Assembly (NCBI GenBank): GCA_025043315.1 | Contig: GCA_025043315.1_4324.1 | Reading direction: 5' to 3' (one strand) | Origin: a phage | DNA: 46,202 nucleotides | Shown: in pieces, positions 1 through 8,581 of the stretch | How positions within the stretch are numbered: the stretch's first letter is position 1 | How the letters are laid out: every line of letters begins with the position of its first letter | Made by a program: the position numbers and the translations under genes | Notes under the pieces: model-generated | Databases searched by the model: none | What the model was told of the DNA's origin: nothing | What the model saw: the letters and a program-made list of their open reading frames with translations, nothing else

Positions 1-130
1 GACGCACCAGAGCATTATTCGCATAAATCGAAGCAAGAATTGTAGGGTCTTGATTCTGTAAACTCCCGTAAATCTCACTACCATCACTGCCGCCTAGAAA
101 TATATCGGCGTAGCTGTCTGTCTTGACCAT
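1..130 (-). CDS. 5' fragment of the gene following terL (MVKTDSYADIFLGGSDGSEIYGSL...), runs off the left edge; possibly portal N-terminus
   Basis: ATG at 128-130 (minus) with GGAG SD at 136-139; frame open to position 1; sits directly after terL. Confidence 0.4.
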   Translation of the reverse strand, partial: MVKTDSYADIFLGGSDGSEIYGSLQNQDPTILASIYANNALVR

Positions 131-177
131 GTTTTTCTCCAATAAAAAAGCCCCATGTAGAGGCTAGTTTATCACGG
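131..177 (-). terminator. hairpin/T-tract/SD cassette, copy 1
   Basis: minus strand AAACTAG-CCTCTACATGGGGC-TTTTTTATT-GGAGAAAAAC-ATG between terL and the next gene. Confidence 0.5.
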
Positions 178-1743
178 CTATTTAATTCCCGCTATGCGCA
201 TTAGTCTAGCCTTAGGATCATCTGCGATATTGAGAACAAGGTTTACCGCCATTGTTAGACAGTCAATTTGGTCGTCGTGATTGTGGCTGTCGTCAGCCGT
301 AAAGGCCGCAATCTCCGTAAGTAATCCATTTAGCCATGGCGCAGACTCTGGTAGAACTACGTTACCAGCTTTAATCTGTGGCAATGCGCTCATTACCCTG
401 GTTAGCTTGTCGTTATCCGGTACGTATGGCTCGACTGGGGTTCGCATAACTCTACTGGCCGACTGGATAAGGCCGATGCCGGATGCTTTCTTCTCGATGA
501 TGATTTTACGAAGGATGCCATCTGACTGACTGGTTGCCCTTGATTTCTTCTCGAAGTCCAGTAGTTCAGCTTCCAGCTCCGGCGCCTCCCATTTACCACG
601 GCGCTGGTCTATAAGGTAAATCTTGGCATCCTTATAGCCCCACAACTGAAGTACAGAGAAGTCACTATAACTCTTTGTAGTCATCGCAGTATCGCAAGTT
701 ATGAATCTGTAATCGTACTTGGCTGGGGGTCTGAATGTGTCGCTAATTCGCTGGAACCAATCCACGTTAATCAGATTGCCACCGAGCGCTACTGGTTCCT
801 GCTGATATTGACTAAGGAAAGTATATGGGTCACTATCCCACATTGCGACCAGGTCATGCACAGATTCCTTTCCTGGGAAGTAGCTGTAATACCTCACACC
901 ATCGCGATCAACATATTCGCTTGATAGCACGTCATCAATGAATTGCTTTTTAATCCAGTCAGGTAGTGTGTCGACGTAATCTTCAGTAACCAGCGCTGGT
1001 ATCTTCACCAAATCAAAATCAATACCCATACCTCCGCTAAGCATGAACCATGTTGAGTCATTGACGTGAAGTCGCTGCTGAATCTGTATAATTGGAGTTG
1101 CCTTACCCTTTACAGAGCTTGCGCGGCGCGAACGAATGGTATTGCCAAGCAGTGTGTGACTCTTAGCTCTGTATACAGATGAAAACATCTCGTCTGGCTT
1201 GTCGAAGTCATCCAGTATTACCGCTCCACTGTATGTGTCGGTAATATATCCACCACGCGTACCGGTAATTCTACCTCCTTTTGATGCTGATATGGACTCA
1301 AATCTAACCTTTCCATTGTCGTCAACGATCTGAATCTCGTCATCTTTATTTGTTCCGAATTTGCAAGGCCAAAGCTCCTGGAACTCCTTTGATGATATCA
1401 AATCACGGACTCGCTTTGAGTTGCGCTTAACGTTTGAGTCGGCGAAAGAGATATTAAGGTTTCGAACCTTCTTCAGCTTTAGCATCGAGTAGACGGGGAA
1501 GTGGATTGATGTGATTTCTGTTTTTCCGCTGCCTGGCGCTATGTTAATTATGGTATCTTTGCGCTCTCCGGCGATAATCTCGTCAATGATTCTGCACAAG
1601 TACTTGTGATGCCAGTTGGGGATGTATCGCTCGCCCTGGGTGATTTGGAACCAGCACCGAAGGAACCCCTCGAAGCTGTGTTCTGATATCGCCTTAACCG
1701 CCATCTTTTCCTGAACGGTCATTTCCTCCCATACTAATGACAT
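178..1743 (-). CDS. terL: terminase large subunit
   Basis: 521 aa ORF; looks like a phage terminase ATPase/nuclease by eye; SD GGAG 9 nt upstream of ATG; adjacent to putative small subunit and portal. Confidence 0.85.
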   Translation of the reverse strand: MSLVWEEMTVQEKMAVKAISEHSFEGFLRCWFQITQGERYIPNWHHKYLCRIIDEIIAGERKDTIINIAPGSGKTEITSIHFPVYSMLKLKKVRNLNISFADSNVKRNSKRVRDLISSKEFQELWPCKFGTNKDDEIQIVDDNGKVRFESISASKGGRITGTRGGYITDTYSGAVILDDFDKPDEMFSSVYRAKSHTLLGNTIRSRRASSVKGKATPIIQIQQRLHVNDSTWFMLSGGMGIDFDLVKIPALVTEDYVDTLPDWIKKQFIDDVLSSEYVDRDGVRYYSYFPGKESVHDLVAMWDSDPYTFLSQYQQEPVALGGNLINVDWFQRISDTFRPPAKYDYRFITCDTAMTTKSYSDFSVLQLWGYKDAKIYLIDQRRGKWEAPELEAELLDFEKKSRATSQSDGILRKIIIEKKASGIGLIQSASRVMRTPVEPYVPDNDKLTRVMSALPQIKAGNVVLPESAPWLNGLLTEIAAFTADDSHNHDDQIDCLTMAVNLVLNIADDPKARLMRIAGIK

Positions 1744-1744
1744 G

Positions 1745-1894
1745 TTAGTTTCTCCACCATTTTCTCTGAGATGATTTCGCTTTGTAGATATTGGAAAATC
1801 CTTCGGTATGAATTAACTCTCCATCCTTGAAGACCTCAAGCATATAAATAGTCCTTCCAGCCACCATTAATGTGCTAAGTTTTGCCTCAATCAT
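1745..1894 (-). CDS. small hypothetical protein (49 aa, MIEAKLSTLMVAGRTIYMLEV...)
   Basis: ATG at 1892-1894 with AAGAGGG SD; stop overlaps terL start; below ORF-track length cut-off. Confidence 0.3.
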   Translation of the reverse strand: MIEAKLSTLMVAGRTIYMLEVFKDGELIHTEGFSNIYKAKSSQRKWWRN

Positions 1895-1912
1895 TGTTAT
1901 ACCCTCTTATTG

Positions 1913-2419
1913 TTATAGCTTGCTGATCACTGACTCTAGCGCTTCCTTCATGCTATCTACGTCGTTAGCGGTGGAGTTATTGCTAATGGTAATCTCCTGC
2001 GGCTTATCAATACCAAGCTCCTTACCAACGATGGTGGAGTTGATAATACCTGCAACGCCAAGCTGATATTTTTGCTCGTAGATTACGTTATCAATAAATT
2101 CCATCACATCAGAGTATCCAGCCTCTGTACGCCAGCGTGCGAATCTATTGATGTTAACACCCATGAAGAGCGCCAGTCCAGTTAAGGTGAACACTCGCGG
2201 CTTGTGTACAAGGTTTTCACTAACAACGCCCCGGAAAGCCGCCGTCTCAATAGCTTTGATTGCCTCACTCTCAGCCCATGAGAAGTATCGAACAGCGAAA
2301 TCGAAAACTTCCTCAGGCGTGTACTTGCGGTTGATTGCCACCATAGCAATATCGCCATACTTCTTGTTGTATAGCGCCTTGAAATTTCCCTCACCCATCT
2401 TTAATTCTGCTTTGCTCAT
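1913..2419 (-). CDS. terS: putative terminase small subunit
   Basis: 168 aa ORF immediately upstream of terL; perfect AAGGAGG SD; call is positional. Confidence 0.5.
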   Translation of the reverse strand: MSKAELKMGEGNFKALYNKKYGDIAMVAINRKYTPEEVFDFAVRYFSWAESEAIKAIETAAFRGVVSENLVHKPRVFTLTGLALFMGVNINRFARWRTEAGYSDVMEFIDNVIYEQKYQLGVAGIINSTIVGKELGIDKPQEITISNNSTANDVDSMKEALESVISKL

Positions 2420-2462
2420 AAATCCTCCTTTGTTGAGGTCAGATTATACCATATTACAGACG
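2420..2462 (-). promoter_or_regulatory. candidate extended -10 promoter (TGGTATAAT) for terS-terL
   Basis: minus-strand TGGTATAAT (TATAAT = 2443-2448) between terminator and terS SD; weak T-rich -35. Confidence 0.35.
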
Positions 2463-2485
2463 AAAAAAAGCCCTCAAGAGAGGGC
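2463..2485 (-). terminator. rho-independent terminator (GCCCTC-AAGA-GAGGGC plus T7 on minus strand)
   Basis: perfect 6-bp stem 2470-2485 with A-run 2463-2469 on plus strand. Confidence 0.7.
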
Positions 2486-2530
2486 TAAAAACAACGAGAG
2501 AAACGAAAATTAACGAGGGTATAACACTTT

Positions 2531-2713
2531 TTACTTTCGCTCACGAACGTAAGCTACCAGGAATTTGTGAGTGTCAGTGTCAGCTCCTGACATCTCTTTT
2601 ACTTTCGCTACCGCATCCTCAGCGCTGATTGCGGCAACTGACGCGATATAATCTTGAGTGCAATTCTTGCAACTGCGGCCCATTAAGCGAATGGACAGCC
2701 TCACATCCCACAT
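2531..2713 (-). CDS. hypothetical small protein (MWDVRLSIRLMGRSCKNCTQ...)
   Basis: track ORF 2531..2758 trimmed to internal ATG at 2711-2713 with AAGGAG SD; the longer N-terminus would overlap the tRNA. Confidence 0.45.
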   Translation of the reverse strand: MWDVRLSIRLMGRSCKNCTQDYIASVAAISAEDAVAKVKEMSGADTDTHKFLVAYVRERK

Positions 2714-2728
2714 AATGAACTCCTTAAT

Positions 2729-2805
2729 TGGCGCCCGAGGCTGGATTCGAACCAGCAATCTAGAGATTAGAAGTCTCTTGCGATATCCGCTTTCGCCACT
2801 CGAGC
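2729..2805 (-). tRNA. tRNA-Arg, anticodon TCT (reads AGA), CCA encoded
   Basis: minus-strand cloverleaf folded by hand: acceptor GCTCGAG/CTCGGGC, D-stem GCGA/TCGC, anticodon stem AGAGA/TCTCT with loop CTTCTAA, T-arm GCTGG-TTCGAAT-CCAGC, discriminator G, CCA. Confidence 0.8.
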
Positions 2806-3014
2806 TTTTAATGAGTCCCGGTTACGGCTCCGGGGCTGCCTGATACAGCCGGTTAATCTGCCTGTTTGCGCTAGGTCTTAATGCCGCATACGCTACTTAA
2901 TGAGCAACGGACTTAGTAGTTGCGCTCCGTGCGCCGTTGCCACTTGGTGGCCTCGTTTGTCTACGTGGTTAATGTTAGATAATTCCTGTCAGTGATGCAA
3001 GCTATTTTTAACAA

Positions 3015-3266
3015 CTACAGCTTAACTGGTGGATGTTTGAGCTTTCCATACACAATGTCGTCAAGTGTGCTGCGGCAAATCATCATATCCACATTACTGT
3101 TCTCCACGTGCATACATTTCTTGCACAGCAACTTTGTTTTAAAACCATTCATGTAATTAGCCTTCTCGAACCATTTAATGTCACGATAGTAAACGTAATG
3201 ATGCTTCTTGCAGCCGTGTAAAATCTGCCTCAATGTTCTCATGCCGCCACCATAAAGTAAGCCCAA
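3015..3266 (-). CDS. hypothetical Cys/His-rich small protein (possible zinc binding)
   Basis: ORF with HGCKKHH, CKKCMH and ICRS motifs. Confidence 0.4.
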   Translation of the reverse strand: MGLLYGGGMRTLRQILHGCKKHHYVYYRDIKWFEKANYMNGFKTKLLCKKCMHVENSNVDMMICRSTLDDIVYGKLKHPPVKL

Positions 3267-3299
3267 GTAATCAGCCCCGCGATAAACCAGATTGTTAGC

Positions 3300-3539
3300 T
3301 CACTCATAAAGACTATTCCCATTCTCGTCATGACCAACTCGACCTTTTAGATACCCTGCGACCCAAACAAATCGATCCCTACTGACAACTGTAGAAACAG
3401 GCTGCCAAATCTCAGTGATGATACCAGCAACCAACTTATCATTCTTGCGGTCCAGCTTGCTTAGTGACTCATACTTATCGTTGAGCCTTTTAGCCTGGCG
3501 CTTTACCGCATTGAACATCGCCTCATTTAGTCCGAACAT
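3300..3539 (-). CDS. hypothetical protein
   Basis: 79 aa ORF in tightly packed minus-strand early array. Confidence 0.45.
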   Translation of the reverse strand: MFGLNEAMFNAVKRQAKRLNDKYESLSKLDRKNDKLVAGIITEIWQPVSTVVSRDRFVWVAGYLKGRVGHDENGNSLYE

Positions 3540-3542
3540 TAT

Positions 3543-3731
3543 TTAAGCTCTCTTTGTATCAGCAAAATCAATCTCTTCGAAATCGTATTCATCAAATGCC
3601 CTCTTATCATTACATTTCATTGAATTTACGAATGATTCAGCGTCACACCTTTTAGGGAATGCGATGACGCTTATAGAATCTTCGTCACCTATATTATACC
3701 CATAAACTACATAAATCTTTGAATAACTCAT
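3543..3731 (-). CDS. hypothetical protein
   Basis: 62 aa ORF directly downstream of palindromic promoter module at 3762-3804. Confidence 0.5.
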   Translation of the reverse strand: MSYSKIYVVYGYNIGDEDSISVIAFPKRCDAESFVNSMKCNDKRAFDEYDFEEIDFADTKRA

Positions 3732-3761
3732 TTCTCAATCTCTCGTTGTGTTGATGTGGTA

Positions 3762-3804
3762 ATTATATGCCATCCGTGGCGACTGCGTTTAGCAATTCGT
3801 GCTA
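3762..3804 (-). promoter_or_regulatory. palindromic promoter module (TAGCAATTCGTGCTA 3790-3804; TATAAT at 3762-3767)
   Basis: 15-bp palindrome, 22-bp spacer, -10 hexamer, conserved leader CCACATCAACACAACGAGAG before ATG of 3543..3731. Confidence 0.6.
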
Positions 3805-4391
3805 TTTATAGAATGACTTAACAAAAGCCTCAGGTGTTACACCACGCTTGCAAGGCTTAATTAAATCCTTAATGATGAACCAGTGGAAAGTCTTCATATC
3901 AAAGACCAGTCGTTCACATGCGATCACATATTAAGTGAAGCTCATTCTTTCTTCTCCCGTTCCATCCACATTTTAGCCAGCTCGTAATAAGCTATCGCCT
4001 CCTCGACCTTTTCAGCTTCATCCTGCATTCTCTTACACCACTGGCTTGGTGATTCGTAGTTATCCATTAGTAAATTATAACCTCATCTTCTGAAAGGTAG
4101 ATATCCTCGCCATTCTTGTTCTTTACGATGTAGCAGCTACCATCATCACTCATCTCTGCGAAGAACACATCGCCACGCTGAATTAGCGCCACATAATCAC
4201 TCTCGCCAACATAAACAATCTTAATCATAGAATCACCTTACTTAAATTATCGTTCGTTAGAATGCGTTTTAGCGTCGTCTACGCCTGCCGAAATTATGTA
4301 GATAGTGGCGAAGCCTAGAGACCAAAGCAACCACGGTAGAGCCTCAACAAAAACATCGCCCATCATTAACTCCGTGTGCATATCGTTTACC

Positions 4392-4574
4392 TCAAATCTT
4401 ATTCAATTGCTCAAGAATTTCGTATGCCATCTCTCGAGCTTGCTCTTCGGTCATGTGGATGGTATGAACCTGTGGCTCTTCTCGCATCCCGCAAGCCTGG
4501 GCAATGATGAATGTTGTGTATCCGTCGAAGTGGTTGGCCTGGAGCTTTGGTTCTGATTGGGCAAATCGTGCCAT
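4392..4574 (-). CDS. hypothetical protein
   Basis: 60 aa ORF downstream of a variant promoter module. Confidence 0.45.
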   Translation of the reverse strand: MARFAQSEPKLQANHFDGYTTFIIAQACGMREEPQVHTIHMTEEQAREMAYEILEQLNKI

Positions 4575-4605
4575 CTGTAATCCCTCATCTCTTTTAGGTG
4601 GGGTA

Positions 4606-4648
4606 ACTATAACAAATTACCCCGGTACCGTTTTATCAATTAGTGCTA
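4606..4648 (-). promoter_or_regulatory. palindromic promoter module, degenerate palindrome (TATCAATTAGTGCTA 4634-4648; TATAGT 4606-4611)
   Basis: same 22-bp spacing and leader as the other copies. Confidence 0.45.
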
Positions 4649-4798
4649 CTCGGCTACTCTATATGAATTAATATCACCACCAAGAACCAACCATTGAGCC
4701 TTTGCACCATCGTAGGTATCGTAGACTCGAACGTGCCTAACGCTGTTAAACTTGCCAGTGTAGTACGTGTGGATGTAAATCATTTCTTTGCCCCCCTA

Positions 4799-5014
4799 TC
4801 ATGATAACTTTGAGAATGCAACCAGTGCTTCACCAGTCATTGATCTGATAAAAACTCTTCCGCCATTTTCTTTTACGTGCATATGCACGCCAGTCTTCGG
4901 TGATTTAACTGTGAGGATTTCGCGCTCGTTTACTACAGCAATCAACTTCATGCCGCGTCGGAATCCAAAAATATTACAAGCTCTGGAGCTTGCAAAATCA
5001 ACATTTAGAATCAT
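4799..5014 (-). CDS. hypothetical protein
   Basis: 71 aa ORF in early array. Confidence 0.4.
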   Translation of the reverse strand: MILNVDFASSRACNIFGFRRGMKLIAVVNEREILTVKSPKTGVHMHVKENGGRVFIRSMTGEALVAFSKLS

Positions 5015-5241
5015 TTCTTTGTCGCCTTATCCCAGTTAGTCAGGTACGCAGTATTGCCGCTTAGCGCCTCGTATTGTCGCGATGACTCAAAGTCAATAAC
5101 GTCGAACTGCTGGTTATTAATCTGATCGCCAACTTCTTTCACTACTCGCATCTGCTCGAATGATAGCGTGGAGTACATTGGTTTCATGATGATACTCTTT
5201 AGCACTGCTGCGTCTTTCTCTGACAGGTTAATTGTAATCAT
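5011..5241 (-). CDS. hypothetical protein
   Basis: 76 aa ORF downstream of promoter module 5360-5402. Confidence 0.5.
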   Translation of the reverse strand: MITINLSEKDAAVLKSIIMKPMYSTLSFEQMRVVKEVGDQINNQQFDVIDFESSRQYEALSGNTAYLTNWDKATKK

Positions 5242-5359
5242 TTTCCAAATACTCCCTTAGTCTTCAGATTGTGGCGATAGAACTGCATGATGTGACCGTT
5301 GTGGTGATTGCTTGATGGGTATTGCTTCATTTTTCCCGCCTCTCGTTTGGTGTGAACTA

Positions 5360-5402
5360 ACTATAACAAAACCCACCTGAGCGGGTTTAGCAATTTGTGC
5401 TA
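5360..5402 (-). promoter_or_regulatory. palindromic promoter module (TAGCAATTTGTGCTA 5388-5402; TATAGT 5360-5365)
   Basis: palindrome overlaps stop of the upstream gene; 22-bp spacer. Confidence 0.55.
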
Positions 5403-5660
5403 TTTACCAACCTTAATTGATTTAGACGATTCATGAATAATCTTCTGCCCGTAAAGCTCCTTAGCTTTCTGTAATGAATCAATCGAGTCATTGAGGTCTG
5501 TAAGGTAATCCTTGTGCCCACGTAAACCCATGCAAAGCATCTTCTTTATCGCGTGCTGAGTTGCTGGGTCAGATACGCGGAACGCATCAAGAACACGATA
5601 AACATCTACTGTTGTTACTGTGCCATCAATGCCAATAATTTCACGATCGTACTTACTCAT
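5400..5660 (-). CDS. hypothetical protein
   Basis: 86 aa ORF. Confidence 0.5.
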   Translation of the reverse strand: MSKYDREIIGIDGTVTTVDVYRVLDAFRVSDPATQHAIKKMLCMGLRGHKDYLTDLNDSIDSLQKAKELYGQKIIHESSKSIKVGK

Positions 5661-5851
5661 ATATCAATCCTCGTTATTGTGCCGCCATGCGTCTTAAGCA
5701 TGAGTTTTGCGTATTTTTCGTCTACATATTGCAGGAGCATATCAATACCCCCGCTGCTGAATTTGTGTTCGTATATTGTCACTTGACTTTCATTAGATTG
5801 GTTGATTCGGGGATTATGCCAGTCAGGATGAATAAATCGAGTATCCTTCAT
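5657..5851 (-). CDS. hypothetical protein
   Basis: 64 aa ORF with overlapping start/stop to neighbours. Confidence 0.45.
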   Translation of the reverse strand: MKDTRFIHPDWHNPRINQSNESQVTIYEHKFSSGGIDMLLQYVDEKYAKLMLKTHGGTITRIDI

Positions 5852-6099
5852 TGCTTCTCTGCCTCGTCCGCCGCCAGGATTAATGCCGAAGCCAGTTTTC
5901 GCGCTTGCTCAGGGGTGTATTGCATCAGCGTCTGGAAATCTTCGTATTCACCCGGATCGAAATTCAGAGATACAACGGCACCGCGATGGCTTTCTGTAAT
6001 GCTGACCTCGGCTTGGTTAAAGTAAACATCTTCAATACGAACACTTTCCATCTTCATTTCCTCTTCGTTGTTGATATGGTAATCATAGCTGACTACCAT
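5848..6099 (-). CDS. hypothetical acidic protein
   Basis: 83 aa ORF downstream of promoter module 6082-6124. Confidence 0.5.
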   Translation of the reverse strand: MVVSYDYHINNEEEMKMESVRIEDVYFNQAEVSITESHRGAVVSLNFDPGEYEDFQTLMQYTPEQARKLASALILAADEAEKQ

Positions 6100-6124
6100 A
6101 TTTATTGTTTAGCAATTCGTGCTA
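6082..6124 (-). promoter_or_regulatory. palindromic promoter module (TAGCAATTCGTGCTA 6110-6124; TATGAT 6082-6087)
   Basis: 22-bp spacer; leader CCATATCAACAACGAAGAGG. Confidence 0.6.
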
Positions 6125-6499
6125 TTCACCGCTCAGGAGTGATTTAGCTTTCCGGTAGAACTCAATCGCCGCCTCCACCTCTTCTTCACTGTACCGTAAG
6201 TGGTATGGTAGTCTACTAGGGTGCTCACCATCGTAAGTTTTGAAGTTAGGTTGCCAGCTTAAATCCGTCAAGGCAGGGTTGACGTAAACCTTATCCCCAA
6301 TTAGACAGGTAACATTCATCTTATCGAGCTCTGGAATTAGCTTATCCTTAATCAATAGCATCATTCCATCGCGCCCCGCAAATGGTTTCAGCTTGCGAGC
6401 ACCTTCATATAGAGACCTGATGCCGACAACTCCTTTGCCGTTAACTCCCATTTTCCTGATGATTCTAATCAGTACACCAAGCTCATCACCATTATACAC
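6122..6499 (-). CDS. stand-alone paralog of the C-terminal domain of the 9708..11291 replication protein (GTG start)
   Basis: GKGVVGIRSLYEGARKLKPF...NVTCLIGDKVYVNPAL aligns by eye with residues ~465-525 of the 527 aa protein. Confidence 0.5.
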   Translation of the reverse strand: MYNGDELGVLIRIIRKMGVNGKGVVGIRSLYEGARKLKPFAGRDGMMLLIKDKLIPELDKMNVTCLIGDKVYVNPALTDLSWQPNFKTYDGEHPSRLPYHLRYSEEEVEAAIEFYRKAKSLLSGE

Positions 6500-6645
6500 C
6501 TCTGAGGTATCAATAGAGCCCCAAACGCCGTTGACTGTCGATACCCGTTAGCATTGATTGCAACCCGCAGTGGCGGCAGCCCATCCTGGATAGCGATATT
6601 CATAATCTGCTCGTCCGTCAGTTTATCCTCGTTAAAGTCAAACAT
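6484..6645 (-). pseudogene. N-terminal remnant of a second copy of the 9708..11291 gene, out of frame with 6122..6499
   Basis: 53-codon ORF MFDFNEDKLTDEQIMNIAIQDGLPPLRVAINANGYRQS... matches MFDFNEDKLSVEQVMAIAAADNLPPLRVAINANGYRQS of the full-length gene; same TAATG context. Confidence 0.55.
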
Positions 6646-7124
6646 TACTTAATCTCCTCAATAATTAAACGGTAATCCTTAATGGCCTTCATGGCGGCTG
6701 CAAGCGCCTCACCTTCATACTCAGAAAGGTCTGGCATCACCTTAGAAATCTTAGCCTTGAACTCAGTGATTGCCTCATCCTTGATCGCGTTGTTGGTCTT
6801 CTTTCTAATCCCAATGTTTGCAGTTCCAGGAATCAGCTTAATAACCAGCTTCTTGTTTCCAGCTAGAGTGGTTTCACCAAACTCACTATCACCCTCATCC
6901 TCATCATAATGGTGAGTTGCCTTCAGCCCTGCATCTCTCAACTCAGGCATACGAGCCGTTGTATTGTAGATGTATGAGCTCTTAAGCTTTTGTAGACCAC
7001 CCTCCTCGGCGCCAATAAGGCTCTCAATCTTGTTGAGTGTCACGCTGATCTGCTTATCCTCAGAATTAAGCGCTGCTTTTACCATCTCACGAATCACTTG
7101 GCCTAATGTTACCTTCTTGTTCAT
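6645..7124 (-). CDS. hypothetical protein, first gene of the leftward early operon
   Basis: 159 aa ORF with GAGAGGAG SD and canonical sigma70 promoter upstream. Confidence 0.6.
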   Translation of the reverse strand: MNKKVTLGQVIREMVKAALNSEDKQISVTLNKIESLIGAEEGGLQKLKSSYIYNTTARMPELRDAGLKATHHYDEDEGDSEFGETTLAGNKKLVIKLIPGTANIGIRKKTNNAIKDEAITEFKAKISKVMPDLSEYEGEALAAAMKAIKDYRLIIEEIK

Positions 7125-7155
7125 CTCTATAACTCCTCTCGTTTAAGTTGAATCC

Positions 7156-7184
7156 ATCATATACCGACTTACACATGTAGTCAA
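7156..7184 (-). promoter_or_regulatory. canonical sigma70-type promoter TTGACT-N17-TATGAT
   Basis: -35 at 7179-7184 and -10 at 7156-7161 on minus strand; leader AAACGAGAGGAG resembles palindromic-promoter leaders. Confidence 0.5.
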
Positions 7185-7204
7185 GTGTAATTTTTGGTAA
7201 CTTT

Positions 7205-7540
7205 TGGGGGCGTTACGCGAAATGGCACGCTAGCTAAGCTATAGCTCAATGTAGTTTCGTGTCGTGCGTGTAACGAGGTAAATTGGCTAGATGGCTCCAT
7301 AATGGCTAAATCTCACATAAAATAGCAACAATGTATTCTGATGGGAAAAAACATATAGATATCGCCGGGACCCCCGTTACACGACTTACATACAATAATA
7401 ATAATAATAATAATAATAATAGAAAGAAGATATATATATATATTAAGCACTTATAGCGTAAGTCAGGGCGTATCTGCGCGTAACTAGCGTAACGATAGGC
7501 GCTGGCTTACATCGCGCTACGTCGGTTACGCGTCAGCTCA
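7205..7540. promoter_or_regulatory. regulatory region A: GTTACG-type repeated boxes, (AAT)9 at 7394-7421, (AT)7 at 7430-7443; homologous to region 25515-25850
   Basis: shared blocks AAATGGCA, AGCTATAGCTCAATGTA, AGGGCGTAT, ACATCG-N-TCGGTTACG with region B. Confidence 0.55.
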
Positions 7541-7726
7541 AAATGGCTCAGCCAGAATAAAAATCAACTTGTATGGTAGTCAACCCAGCTTTCATTCACT
7601 AACTCCCCACTTCATTTCACTTTTCGCAACAATCAAAAACATCATTGCATCAGAAGCAATATTGCTGTATGCGCAATAATCATGTGAATCATTGCAATAT
7701 CTGCAACAATCCATAAATCTGACGAA

Positions 7727-7770
7727 TAGCACTTTTTGCTAAAGACATGTTAAGGTGGTGACGCTATAGT
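7727..7770 (+). promoter_or_regulatory. palindromic promoter module (TAGCACTTTTTGCTA 7727-7741; TATAGT 7765-7770)
   Basis: 23-bp spacer; leader TAGCTCATCAACAACGGGGAG before HNH gene. Confidence 0.55.
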
Positions 7771-7791
7771 TAGCTCATCAACAACGGGGAG

Positions 7792-8340
7792 ATGGATATG
7801 AAGATTGATAAAGATGAATTGCGTCACGAAAGCGCACTGATTGGTCGAGTTAGTGACCCTGAAATTTGGAATTCGATATTTGAATATGATGGGGAAAACC
7901 TAATAAGAAAAGCAACAACATCAAGTAGAGCGAGGGCTGGAGATGTTGTGGGGTGCCTTGATAGGGGTTACTTAACTGTCAGGTTCAATAAAAAGCTATA
8001 CTTTGTTCATAGGATCGTATGGGAAATGCATAATGGACCCATTCCTGATGGAATGTATATTGATCACATAAATCACAAGAGAGATGATAACGGATTGGTC
8101 AATTTAAGGCTTGTAACAAGAATTGAAAATCAAAGAAACATGTCAATTAGCAAAAGGAATAGTAGCGGCTTTGTTGGTGTCTCATGGAGTAAGGTGCACA
8201 ATAAGTGGGAGGTTAGAATAGGAGTGGGGAATGGCACGAAAGACATGTATTTAGGAAGATATGATGCCATTGATGAAGCAGTTGCAGTTAGAAAGAAAGC
8301 GGAGTTAGATATTGGGTATCACAAAAATCACGGAGAATAG
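7792..8340 (+). CDS. HNH homing endonuclease with AP2-like DNA-binding domain
   Basis: HNH-type motif IDHINHKRDDNGLVNLRLVTRIENQRN, then SSGFVGVSW...KWEVRI; paralog of 18683..19213. Confidence 0.75.
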   Translation: MDMKIDKDELRHESALIGRVSDPEIWNSIFEYDGENLIRKATTSSRARAGDVVGCLDRGYLTVRFNKKLYFVHRIVWEMHNGPIPDGMYIDHINHKRDDNGLVNLRLVTRIENQRNMSISKRNSSGFVGVSWSKVHNKWEVRIGVGNGTKDMYLGRYDAIDEAVAVRKKAELDIGYHKNHGE

Positions 8341-8581
8341 ATATGAAAATTCGCTGCACCAATTGCATTACAAGTACCGACAAAAAGTGTTAACACCGTT
8401 CGTTAAAGGCTCTGTATACGACGCTGAGCCGCTAATCATTAACGGCAAGACAATCCCGAACGAATGGGTTATTAATGGTGCTGAGCGACCGCACAAGCAC
8501 GATTCTGGATGGATTGCCATTGCAGGCTGGAAGGTTGGAATGTTTATCCCTGGAATTGCAACTTTTGACGAGGTGAAATGA
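8312..8581 (+). CDS. hypothetical protein, start uncertain (TTG in track; GTG at 8386 possible)
   Basis: ORF overlaps HNH 3' end; no convincing SD. Confidence 0.3.
   Translation: MGITKITENRYENSLHQLHYKYRQKVLTPFVKGSVYDAEPLIINGKTIPNEWVINGAERPHKHDSGWIAIAGWKVGMFIPGIATFDEVK

Noticed and set aside
2658-2843. Track ORF on plus strand (61 aa) and the long form 2531..2758 on minus
   Set aside because: Both overlap the tRNA-Arg; the plus ORF is antisense to the tRNA with no SD, and the minus ORF has a well-placed internal ATG/SD at 2713.
3762-3804. Reading the palindrome half-site TTGCTA as a sigma70 -35 element
   Set aside because: Spacing to the conserved TATAAT-like hexamer is a fixed 22 bp, outside the 16-18 bp range; no alternative -10 sits at the right distance.
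6484-6645. Programmed frameshift joining the N-terminal remnant to ORF 6122..6499
   Set aside because: No X-XXY-YYZ slippery heptamer in phase within the overlap where both frames are open; the middle of the parent gene (ATPase core) is missing, so a deletion remnant fits better.
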